Assembly: GCA_003693705.1 (NCBI GenBank)
Contig: RBZT01000729.1
Coordinates: 62,001 to 126,000, forward strand
DNA: 64,000 bases
From: Polymyxa betae A26-41
Lineage: Eukaryota > Protista > Endomyxa: Phytomyxea
Direction: 5' to 3'
A program made the position numbers and the translations under genes. Below, piece by piece: positions 35,301-46,878 of this stretch. Under the pieces are notes generated by a model. That model made no database searches, was not told where the DNA came from, and saw only the letters and a program-made list of their open reading frames with translations. Every line of letters starts with the position of its first letter. Positions within the stretch are counted from its first letter, which is position 1.

Positions 35301-37186
35301 TTCGTTGACCTCTTTAATTGTTCGGCGATCATTTTTTACAACAGCCATTAACCGAAGTACTGCAAAATTAAATATCATATTGGCTGGTTATGCACTACAG
35401 TTCAAACCTTCAGCATCAAGATATGAATTCTCCCTTCGCAGATCCATCATCTCATTGCGGAGCTCCTCGTTGGCAGCTTCGGTTTGACTGCTATTCTCCT
35501 TAGCAGCCGCAACTTCTTCCAGAGTCGACATCCTGTTAGGGTCGACTCCAAGTTTGGCGAGTGCAGCCTCTAAATGCTGTATTCTTTGTCGGTAAATCTA
35601 AGCAAAGTTGAGAGAAGCATGGCAAGAGGACCTAGAAGCAGACCTCGAGCTTTTGTGAATTCGGGTCTCGGCCAATAATCGGCTTATTGACAATATTCCT
35701 TGCCCGAGAAGCATAACGAAGAGTGCACAAAGTCTCTTCGAAATGAATGTCAGCAGGAGAAACACAAGCAACCACTGGGCAACTGCAATTACTTCCACCG
35801 TATCACCGCAAAAGACAGCTTACTCAAAGTTTTCGAATTTCCTCCAAGAGAGTCTTGCAAGAGCCTTGTGATCTACCAGGCAAAATTATATACGGCAATA
35901 AGAGTCCATGAAGCTATCTTACTTTGCTGTCTCTGAAGGGAACATGTGATGCCTTACGAGTAGGATCGCCTAAAGCAGATATAACGTTGCCCAAAGCAAG
36001 TAGCCCACAGTTAATATTGATGCCCTCCCGTCTCGTGTTGCCTTCAGCACCAGTCTTTTTCAGACGTTCTGACCCTGCAAAACATTAGTTTATCAAACCC
36101 ATAAGCCATCATCGAAGTGCAGGGACTACCAGCAAGATCTACAAAAGTGAATTTCGACGTGATGTATTCAGACTGTTCTTCGTCTCCCTCAGTGTCCACT
36201 CCTTGGTATTGTCAGCAAATTACAGACGGAATCGAATCAGCATGAACCTGTGCCTGGAACTGGCCTTCTTTGGGTTAACAAGACACTAAAGATGGCATGG
36301 GACCGGCTTGAATGAGCCTTGAAAAAATTCAGTCAAGGTCAGTGATACGGTCTTTCAACTGACATTCATTAATGTAGATCCAGTCGACCTATGGACACTT
36401 CCATCTTCCAAACAGCTGTAAATAGCCACGTCAACATGGCGGGTTCGAACGTCAAAAGCGAGCGGAACACCTTAATAATTCCTCAGTGCTCTTGACTTCT
36501 CGCTCTTCGATACCAAATGCTACAACTTGGCCATTAGCCGTTTCACGAATCGAAATTGTTTTAGAGCGGTTTGATGGATCAAGCAAGTCACGAAGCTCTG
36601 TAAAATTTTACAACGCTTGATTGATTCTGAAGAGTATATAAACCTTCGTTATAGATCTCCAGAAAGGTACAGCGAACTTTGAAGTCGAAGGAAGGGCTGG
36701 AATTCTCGTTGATGTATGTGTACAAAGCATGAATAACACGGGGGACGATTCCTTTTTCCTGGTTCGGCCTAGACAGTCCTGTGTTCTCTGTACCCATCGT
36801 GTGGGACTTTCCGCTTCCCTGCGTTAATGGTCAGGAAGCCAATATGAACAGCAGAAAATCGCAAACCGTTTGCCCATAAGCCATGATAGTCGAGTTAAAG
36901 CCTTGAAGAAAACTTTGCAAAAGCGGCTCAACACATTGTCCATACATCTCTGCCTGGGCAGAATTCTGCCCGAAACAGAAATCATATGTAAACATTCTTT
37001 GCTCTCCCAAAATGATTTGTGTTGGATTTTCTCGCCTGATGCATTCTCCACACTCCTGGACTCTTTCATGGCCCAACAGCGGCCGGATCTAACAATGGCC
37101 TCTTATACCGAGATTCGACAATAACTGCAAATCCATCATACGCGAACGGCAACCCGGACCGTTGTGGTGTCGGAGGCGGTAGCCAT
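32383..37186 (-). CDS. Kinesin-4 family (KIF4/KIF21-like) motor protein
   Basis: 'VRVAVR', 'YGQT|GSGKS', 'SSRSHAIF', 'VDLAG|SER', '[14 protein letters not shown]', '[12 protein letters not shown]', then a long coiled coil; many introns, 3' end approximate. Confidence 0.88.
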
Positions 37187-37478
37187 GTGGCAACAGTCCT
37201 ACCGACGGAATGCCACGACGAGATGTCTCGGCAAACGAAAAGGTCGGGGGAGCGCCGCCACCACCCTAATTTGTGTGATTATAATTGTAAATCACGCGCC
37301 TTCTCCGTGCCTAACTAACAGACAGGCCGGCCGTCCAGCTGCCCGCACCTCTCGCTGAAATCACAGAAAGCATTTACCTCGATGGCAATCGAATTTTTTA
37401 TAATAAACATGGTTTACTTCTTTTGAAAAGAGTTCGTCAAGCACCTGGGATCGAACGGTACAAGCATCGCGATAAACC

Positions 37479-37724
37479 ATGGTGGCGTCTGGCCAAAAGC
37501 GGAGCCAGTCTACAAGCACGGCAGCGCCTCAATTCAAACCTGATCCGGAAACACAAGCTGTCATCAGCGAACTTCGGCAGAAGATGAACGAACTGAGATC
37601 GTTTCGTAATTCGATTTCGGAAGCGGCAGCGGCTGTCAAATCCGAGATCAAAGAACTTCGTAAAAGCCAAGAGTCGCTATTCAAAGAACAGAATAGAGCA
37701 CACAATCTATCGAAAAGGAAATGA
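37479..37724 (+). CDS. Small coiled-coil protein (possibly the last exon of a longer gene)
   Basis: ORF with heptad-like composition; start uncertain. Confidence 0.35.
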   Translation: MVASGQKRSQSTSTAAPQFKPDPETQAVISELRQKMNELRSFRNSISEAAAAVKSEIKELRKSQESLFKEQNRAHNLSKRK

Positions 37725-37761
37725 CCATGCCTGACGACAAACGCAGATGCAATATATTCTG

Positions 37762-38824
37762 TCAGATTAAATCGCGAGAAGTTTCGAACTGTGAGAGAAA
37801 CTTCGATACTTCCCTGGATGAACTCATCGCTGCATATTCTATAGATGACCGACCAGAATGATCCACAGCATAGGGGTCCAGGCAAACTTGCTCAACTAGA
37901 TATTTCACAGCATCAATATAGCCGTTTCGTGTTGCATGATGGAGTGCATTCTTTCCATTCGTATCAAGAACGTTAGGATCGACACTACAGTGACGCAGAA
38001 GAAAATCCAGAACTGTGGCATGGCCGAAACGAGCAGCGAGATGAAATGGAGTCATACCCTCAATCTGACAAGAAATCAGAGCGTTTTCTTCGAGTGTTAA
38101 TATCTTTAACCTTTTCAATGCGTTCGGTTTGAGTGGAAGGATAGTTATCAACGAGCCATTTAAGAACAGCGACATGACCCTCTTGAGCGCAGAGATGTAT
38201 TGAGGTCCTTCCATCTTTTAAGGCTTGAACAGGGACCACTTTCTGGTTCATTCTTGCAGCTATGTATTTAACTATAGCATTCATGACAGCACAATGTTAA
38301 AGATAGGTGACAGGCTTACCACAAGGTAACTGTCCTCCATAGACCGCATACAGAAATGGGCTAAAACCTTCCTAATGACAGTCTTAACGTCGAATTTTAC
38401 AAAAGATTACTGCACTGATTTACTGAATCTATAGCTTCGACTTTAGACTTGGCTTTATCTATGAGATATGTAAGCGTCTCTAGACATCCTTCATTTGCAG
38501 CAAAATGCAGAAGGGTTTTGCCAGTATCATCGGCTCCGTTAGGATTACAGTCGAATGTGTTGATCAGCCATTCTAAGGCTTCGGGATGGCCATATATAGT
38601 TGCAAGATATGGATATGATTGGCCCGCCTAAGAAGCTTAATTCGAACTGATTAAAACTAATAGTTTAGAGCTTGCACCTTGATTCTCATGTGTTCTTTAG
38701 ATGATACATTCTGATTGACGAGTTCCTTGAACAACTCTATCTGGTTTGATTCCAAAGCCTCGACGATCTTCTGATCGAGCTGGTCGCCGTTGTCAGCCTT
38801 GCTGTTTGACGAGGTGTTCCCCAT
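37762..38824 (-). CDS. Ankyrin-repeat protein, possibly N-myristoylated
   Basis: MGNTSS start; repeats 'GKTLLHFAANEG', 'GRTSIHLCAQEGH', 'GMTPFHLAARFGH', 'GKNALHHATRNG'. Confidence 0.88.
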
Positions 38825-40750
38825 CGACCAAATGACCAGTCTGTAATTATGAAATCATAGACGGAGATTGTATGTCATCAATCTGAGATATTTGCACTGA
38901 TACCTTTTCACCAAATGGTACCGTTTAGAACGCCAGGGGTCACAATGGATGGAATTGTAATTAATTGGGATCGTGTCTGCAAGGCAATCTCTTCAAATCG
39001 CAACGGAACTCGGAATGGTTTGTTGGAACGCGAATTGACAGATTGCTAATCACACGTCTACGAACCCAGCGGCATAGCCAGCTTGGAATATCAACAGTTG
39101 TAGAGAACAGGATGCAAAGGATTCAGAATCCCGGAATGGTGCTTTCAAGAAGCATTGATAGATTGATGTAATGCAAATGATTGTTCCTGGCTGATGGGCT
39201 ACCCCATGAGCCCAATCATTGCGTCACTATCATCGTTTGGCTTCACAATGGGAATTACCATAGTGATTGACGATATCTACCTCGATTTATCTTCTTATCC
39301 CTTCAAAATGCTGAGCTAGCGCTATTGTCGCTCTCTTACCTACATCGGTTCTGACAGCCCTGCCGCTCTTATATCGGTTCACTTCAGTGATGGACAGAAG
39401 TGAGACTCCATTTCGTAAATATCCCACACAAAAGGCATCTGTCGCTTTTAACATTCTCGAAGCGTCGTTTGCTGTAGTAAATGGCCTCCGGCAGAACAAC
39501 TTCGTTAATGAATGCATCAACGTTTACATAATATTTTCTTATGTAGGTAATCTTTAGCCAATAAACATAATGGGTTAAACAGAAAATAGAGATCGCTCAG
39601 GGTAAGCCATGCACTGGGCGTCTTTTACAGCATTTTGAGGAGCCTGATTTGAATACAATCGTTGGCAATAAGACACTGACTGTACAATCTGGTTCATCTC
39701 GTGTATTAGATGTTATGGGACGTGATTATGCACGACAAGGTTAATGTGCCTCAAACTGACGCTCTCTTGCTCCAACCTCAAAACCTCTTGTTGGAATCTG
39801 ACGCTCTTTTGTTGCAATCTGGAATCTCTTGCCGTGATTTGGCGTTCTCATAGCACCATCTAAAAACTTCAGAAAAAACAGCAGTACGTCTTTCAAGATG
39901 ACTGGATACTTCAGCGCCAAGCACGAAAATTGCTCTAGCTGTGACGGGGACGGATTTGAGTGCGTTTTGCTGAATGGAAAATCTTGCCAGGTTCCTCGCT
40001 TGAATGACACAAAACAATGTCGATTGAATATCTAATAACCTTCACAGGATGCGATAACACAACGTGTGAATCATTCCGTCTACAGCGACAAATGTTGTGG
40101 CTATAAACCAAAGGGAATGTGATCAAAAAGTCAACTCTACCATATTAGCAGATTAGGAACAGTATACTAACCCATAATGAAAATAAATCGTCTTTTTGGC
40201 AATCAAATCAGAGTTCCAAAGTTTTTTAAGAAAGTATTGTCTATAACAGAGCAGGGGTTCGCATGCTCCAAATACGGTTTCAATAACATCGAAGATTGAT
40301 GGCAAAGCAGCAGCATAACAGGGACATTGTTTGCCGAATCCGATCCAAGAACGAGACACACTCGTTTATCTGGACAGACGGTACTGTCAGAACAAACCCT
40401 TTAGTTCTGTCATGCCAGTCATGGCTGGCTGCAGAAGGTAACGTGAAATTTCATAGAGTCTGAGGGTGACTGCTTGGAAGTGACATCCAAAACCAATCAT
40501 GATGGTGGCAAGCAGGCAGTCCCAGGCCATATCGAATTCGTTCGAATTCGACCTCGGGGACCATGGAAGCCCATGTCGCCAGGCTTGCCAAATACTGGAA
40601 GTATTCCGAGCCCGAGATTCAAGCCAGTCTGGCGCAAATCTGGCGCTGGGCGTTCCTGAACTGGGATCCATTGCCAGAAGAGATCTGCAAGGTTTTGTAT
40701 CCGGTACGTGATTCAGAGTTGAGATGATTCGTCATGCTGAGATGTTATAG

Positions 40751-42734
40751 ATCCTGGTACAGAATGAAGCTTCTAGACAGATTCATGGATTGACCGTTGA
40801 GATTCTTCTGTTATCCGAAAACCTTCCGATGACTTTCAGCAACAATTTCTCAGGACAGTTCTATTCCTATATCCAATCTGGTTCTTCGGATTGCCTTCGA
40901 TTGCTGCTGTCGTTGGAAACTTCTGATCAATCTCTGGTTGTTAAGAATGCTCCGCTGTTGGTAGATGACCTAATCCACCTCGCAGCCTCGGATGAGCTTG
41001 AGGGTCTGAAGTCTGCTAAATACCCTGTCGTCCCAGCGATTGCTCATTGTCTGAGGTACTTTCCGAATTTTATTATGCCTGCGAACCGGCGTTCCATTAT
41101 GGCTGCCATTGAACGGCTGATGCTGCGAGACATCGCGATACTTGTTAATCACCGTATTGAGCAGATGGAAATGCGGTACGATGAGCAAACATTGCTAGAC
41201 AGTTTCCGTCCTTCCGGATTATCTCTGGGTATGGTTAATCACGTAGTCAATTCATTAATCAACCACACTTCAATCAAGAGCACATCGATTGCTATATTTT
41301 ACAAGCTCGTCACAATCATCCTTGAGAATGAAGACGAGGAAGCCGTTTCGTTGCTTAAAGATTGTCGTTCCACTGTATTGATCGACATTGTCCAAGTGCT
41401 TCAAACAATTGCCGCTCGCTGTCCCGAGGAATCTGCCAGAGTGCTGACCTTTCTATCTGAGATTTGTATGCGCTTTGACGAAAATGTTTCGCTCGTGACA
41501 CTTGGTGCACTGTTGTCAGTCACGGGAACATTGAACTCTTCAGCGATTGAGAAGTTAACTCATATTGTAAGCAGCTCCTATATGGATCCGTTGATAGCCT
41601 ATAACATCGTCAAATTTGTCGATAATTATTTCGAAAAGCTGCAAAAAATGAAATGGATTGACAGATGGTATCAGTAACAGTTTTTGGAAAGCTGTTAAAC
41701 TTAATTGTTCCAGGTTCCCGGTCATGTTCAAATTAGCCTGTGCTCGACCCTTGTGCTTTACGAAATATCTAATTAGATGGGTCTCCATGAGAAGCAAGAG
41801 AACATCCTCGATTTTAACGTCGATACTTAATCTGCCTTCAATCTGTTCAACAGTTGAATTTAGTCAGCTAATGGAATTCGACACAAATCTGAAGAATGTC
41901 TTTCGCATTGCTGTGCAGAATGATCCTGACGTTCTGCGGGCATATACAAATCTTCTACGTAATAGCTACGAATCTAGACAAACCGATTTGGTATCTGGGC
42001 TTCCTCGGCAAGCGGTTGCCGATAGATCTCAAATGTGGCTTCTGCCATCCTTTCGCGTCAAGTCTATCTGTTCCACATTGTTGCCTTTGGTTAACGCCTT
42101 TTTCGAATCGGAATTTAATCTATGCAGCAATTTGAAAAAATCAGTATCCATTGCTATTGAAAACTGTTTCTCCTGGTTGACAGTAGAAATTCAAGCAGCA
42201 GTTTCAGATTGGGTTTTAAAAGCATTCGAACATTGTCCGAAGCTGGTTATAGAGTTGCATGACTCTATCAGAGATTGTATCTCGAGTCATTTACTATCTC
42301 AGCAGCAAGAATTTGTATTATCAATGATTTACTGTATCGGGGAATATGGAATGCGATGTCGCGAGTACGATTCGTTTATTGCCGATTATATCGATTTTTT
42401 GGAAGATTGCATTATACAGTTGTTGAACTATGCAGATAGGCAATTTCAGTCACAACAGGAATTTCAAATATTGCCTCCCTGGAGTCCCTGTATTCCGGGA
42501 AAGCGATGTGTCCTAACGCAAATCGACGCAAAGAAAGAGCAACTTGATGCTTCAAGATACGAAGCACTTCTCTGTATGTCTCTTACAGCCCTGGCGAAAC
42601 TATCAGTTGCTCTACCAAATAAGTCCATTAAGGCGTTCGAATTTGTTCAGGATGAGGATTGCCTGGTCGGGCCTCTAGTCTACGAATGCTTACAAGAAGC
42701 AAAGATGTTGGTCCGCAGAGGCTTGCCATCCTGA
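40751..42734 (+). CDS. HEAT/ARM solenoid protein, AP-5 complex zeta subunit-like (5' exons unresolved)
   Basis: Two long ORFs; C-terminal 'IYCIGEY' and 'LTALAKLS' recall AP5Z1; may start as far upstream as ~38945. Confidence 0.45.
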
Positions 42735-42921
42735 ACATCAAGCTCAGCTCCAATAAGCGACTATGCTTCGAGAATAATTGGTGAATGCAGGGAAGTTGTT
42801 GAGAGAGAAGTTGTTCGAAAGTGCCAAATGACTGTCTGTCTCTGCTGTAAGGAGAACTGCACAGTGGGATGCTGGATGGGGCTGTATCTCGTCCAGATAT
42901 TTTGCATCCGTTTCTTGACAT

Positions 42922-44224
42922 AATGGATCTGATGCTTCTCCTGCTTTTGTTCAAGGGCATTTCTGGAGCCAGCGTGTTTGAAGTGGTTCCAGCTCCTTTT
43001 CTGTATATCACATTGAACACGACCGATGTGGAGTCGCTGCTGGGATCTAACGAATCCGAATGTCAGGATCGCGATGGATCTGTTGAGTCTTGTCAAGCTT
43101 TATGTATGATACACGAGCAATGTATCACATTCGTCTACGACCACAACGATTCGTGCTCATGTCGATTTACGTCCCTCCCTTTCTGCGTATTTCACTCCCC
43201 ATTTGAGTCCTACATCGACACCACGTCCTTTCAATCGCAAGGATCTCGAGAGTTGTTGATGGGCATACATCAAAACCGATCTTTTTCGACGCGACTGAAT
43301 GGATCTGTTTCTTATGTTGGCTATGCTCCTGTGTTCAAGAATGGGGCTTTACCTATTCCTATCATACAACTTATCCAGGATCCGTCTGGGCGACTTATGC
43401 ATTTCTCCAGTGTCAATGGGAGTCTGCAGCGTTATTCGACGATAGAGTCATGTGAGACCTTTTGCCACGAGAGTATGTCGCGATTCAGCTCTGAATGCAA
43501 ATTTATATACGAAATTAATCGTCAGGTCGGGCTTGAAACCTTTCAGATTTGCTATCTATACGATAACAACAGTCTCCTATTATTGGAAACGCTGCAGATG
43601 ATGAATTTGACCGACAGATCGAATGACCGTTCGATCTCGTCTAGAGTCGTTTTTATGTCCGGGGCCTGGAATGAATCCCAGAATCATTGCGAGAAATCGG
43701 AATGGACGTCTTCTCTGCTGAGTCAGGAAGAAACTCTATCGAAGTTCCCTCCACGTAGAACATCTCTAATTTCAGACCAAACTGATCAGAATCTGACATC
43801 GGAAGTGATATACAGCCCGAATGTTGACGAGCCGAACGTCCTATCCGATTCATATTATCCATTGAATTCTCTTGGGCTCGTCCATCAGATTCTGGCCTTA
43901 GTAGCTATCTTTGTGTTCCTGGCGTTTTCCATTGGGCTGTGCATTTTCTTCTGTCCGTATATTGCCGCTAGACGAACGCATCGTAACCGACACCGACCAC
44001 AACATGTCCATTATAGCCAAGCGGATCCGTTATCGCAATCGATGAGGCCTTATAACCATAGTCAATGGGGACAGCATTCTATGGCTAGTAGCTTCAAAGG
44101 CCATAACAAAAGCCAACTTGCAAGTTCGATGCCATCAATTGCAAATTCAGAAAAGCGAATGGATGGCTCGTTATCCGATCGTCCTGAAGTCGTGGTCGTT
44201 TCGTTGCCAAACTCACAACGATAA
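42922..44224 (+). CDS. Single-pass membrane protein with PAN/apple-like domains
   Basis: Signal peptide; 'SVESCQALC....CITFVY...C' and 'TIESCETFC...CKFIY...CYLY'; TM helix and S/Q-rich cytosolic tail. Confidence 0.7.
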
Positions 44225-44473
44225 ACGCCGGCCTGTTTCAATTAAATTTATCCAGATGCTTGTTAATCATTTATAATTAATATTAAGTTACTGCTGAACC
44301 AATAAACGCAGACTGCCCTTTTTTCTGGAACATGGAGCCTATCTTAATTAATAATATTGTTGGGATTGTTGGGAATGAAATCAGTGGGATTCTTGTTGCA
44401 ATGGATCAATATAGGTACTCAGTCGGTTTGTTAATATATTGCATCCTCTAAACTCTGGGAAACCGCAACAGGT

Positions 44474-45969
44474 ATGCCCTGTTGCTTCCCAAAATTTCAT
44501 GTCGACTTGACCGAGAAAGAGCCCGAACCCGTCATTGATGTCAAAGCGCCTCCACCCAAACCCGATCATGTCATCTTATTTCTTGGTACGAAATCAGATC
44601 CCAACTTTACAGACTTCTCTAAATAAGTTGAACAGGCACCGGCGAATCGGGAAAGGTCTCTATCGTTGCTTACTCGATTGTGTGTGTGTGTTCTGAGTCT
44701 GTATAGTCGACTTTCTATCGACAGCTGAAGATCCTATACGGTGGCGGGTATTCGTTGGTGGAAATGCAAGAATTCGGTCAAGTGATGCAATCGGTAGAGA
44801 ACACGCGAATTGGAAAGCCATCGCAACGACCAACATTCATTGTAATAGATGGTGATATCAGACGCCAGCCGTCTGGTCCAGGCCATGTCCAATCCTAACG
44901 TTCGGCAAGCGGTCGGGCAAGAATTGACGTTCACGAAACCGGCCGAAGACGCCATCTACGTCATCTCTCAATGGATGGTGAACGTCCCGAAGCGTTTAAC
45001 GCCCGAGATCGCCAACATGGTGGCGGCGCTCTGGGCCGACCCGACCGTCAAAAAGGTGACCACAACGCTCGCTTCGAATCACGCTCATCTTAAACGACGA
45101 AGGTCTTCGAATACAAGTCGCTTTACCATCTCAGCAATCAGGCGTATTACTTCTTCGATCGAGTGCAAGAGATGGCCGTCGCCGATTGGATTCCATCGCA
45201 GGCTGATCTGATCAATTTCCGAGTTCGAACGACCGGCGTCATCGACCAACGGATCACGCTCGACGGCAAACGTTCGTATTGGGTTGTTCGTGGACCGTCT
45301 CGGCGGCGCCTGATTGTTGGTGGCTACAGATTCCCGGGTGGTTGATGTCGGAGGTCAACGCAGCGAGAGAAGGAAATGGATCAAGCATTTCGCAGACGTC
45401 TCCATTGTCATCTTCGTCGTCGCCATCTCTGGTGCTGATCGGTTTCTTGATATCGCAGCCGTTTCGCTGACAAACTGCTGCAGAATACGATCAGAAGAGC
45501 TGGGAGGACGCTGACGTGAATCGGATGGACGACTCGCTCAAGGTCTTTGAGAGCATTTGTGGCACACAGGAACTCATCGATGCCGTCATATTGCTGTTCT
45601 TCAACAAAACCGGTAAAAGCGAGAGCGCGATTGATCGCCACGATCTCTGATTCCGCTGTAGATCTGTTCAGGCAGAAGCTGGATTCATTCCCGTTTAGCA
45701 ATTATGCATCCGAATATCATGGCGATAATTCCTTGCAGTCGTGTCTCGATTATTTCGTCAGAACGTTTCATGCAGCGGCGAAGCGTTCGTTCAAGAAACT
45801 GGTCAGGCCTGATCGACAACTTCACCATTATTTCACAACGGCCATCGATCCAGATTCGGTCCAGGACGCCTTCGTTGATGTGAATCGTCTACTAATGGGA
45901 CAACAACTAGAACATGATAATGCCCCAGTCATACATATAGAAAGTGATGCTTCTAAACATCCAGCTTAA
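44474..45969 (+). CDS. Heterotrimeric G-protein alpha subunit
   Basis: GTGESGKST (micro-exon 44636-44655), [28 protein letters not shown]. Confidence 0.93.
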
Positions 45970-46006
45970 TATTCTGTCACCTATCTTGCTATTATTATAT
46001 TTGTAA

Positions 46007-46774
46007 TTAAAGGGTCTGAAGAGATATCAATACGATAGCTACTATAGCAATTAATACATGAAGGGAAGCCGGTTTCCAGCATGATGATGCCTCCAATCGA
46101 TCGGAATACAACTTCGTACCATTCTTCAACATCGGGTCGTCGACCTCTGCGAAGCTGGATTCAGGTCTCCCGCGATTGCCTTCAGCTTCCGATTCTTGAA
46201 GGCATTCAGGAACAAGTAAAATGCTATCGATCATGATCTGGATTTTTTCTTGAACGCGCGGAATACCGATCACAACAGCATGTGCGAAGTCCATAGAATC
46301 TGGGGCTGGAAAACGAAACGTTTGCGGGAGACCTTTAATATGATTAGATGGGATTATCAATACGAACAAATTTCAACCAGATTGGATTTGAGTTCTCTTG
46401 GTTGTCGATAACCAGAGCCGTTTAGCACAGTGTGCCTCGCTTTCGCCAGTTAGGAGGCTGACCTCGACAGAGACAGGAACCGATGCGCTCCAAACCAGCT
46501 CGACATATTTGATTTGAGCAAAATTCCGACATCCAGCTGTATCGATATCGCTGACCCAATAGCCAGATTGTCCAGGAATATTCTCTAATATTAGGCGATT
46601 ATCGTGAACAGAAACCTTAGATAAAGTTTGGTCATGTAGAGTTGTTTGGCCCAGATCATTGATCGCCGGATTCGGTTGGCTGAATGTGTTCAGATATATG
46701 GAGCCGGGGCATGGCTGCCCCAATGCATTATATACACTGATTATGCTGACCACCAGGAACACCTTGCTCATCAT
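46007..46774 (-). CDS. Secreted, probably GPI-anchored protein (hypothetical)
   Basis: Signal peptide; a 45-nt intron 46377-46333 joins two same-frame ORFs; hydrophobic C-terminus. Confidence 0.7.
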
Positions 46775-46878
46775 GTCGCCTGTTGCGATGTCGAGATGAT
46801 TAACGAAGTGAACTCAGAGGCAGAGCTGAGAAGGAAGATATTATTTGGGCGAATTTGGCGGCGCTGTGTCTGTGACTT

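Noticed and set aside
46333-46377. Two abutting genes or a recoded stop at 46373
   Set aside because: Explained by a 45-nt intron.
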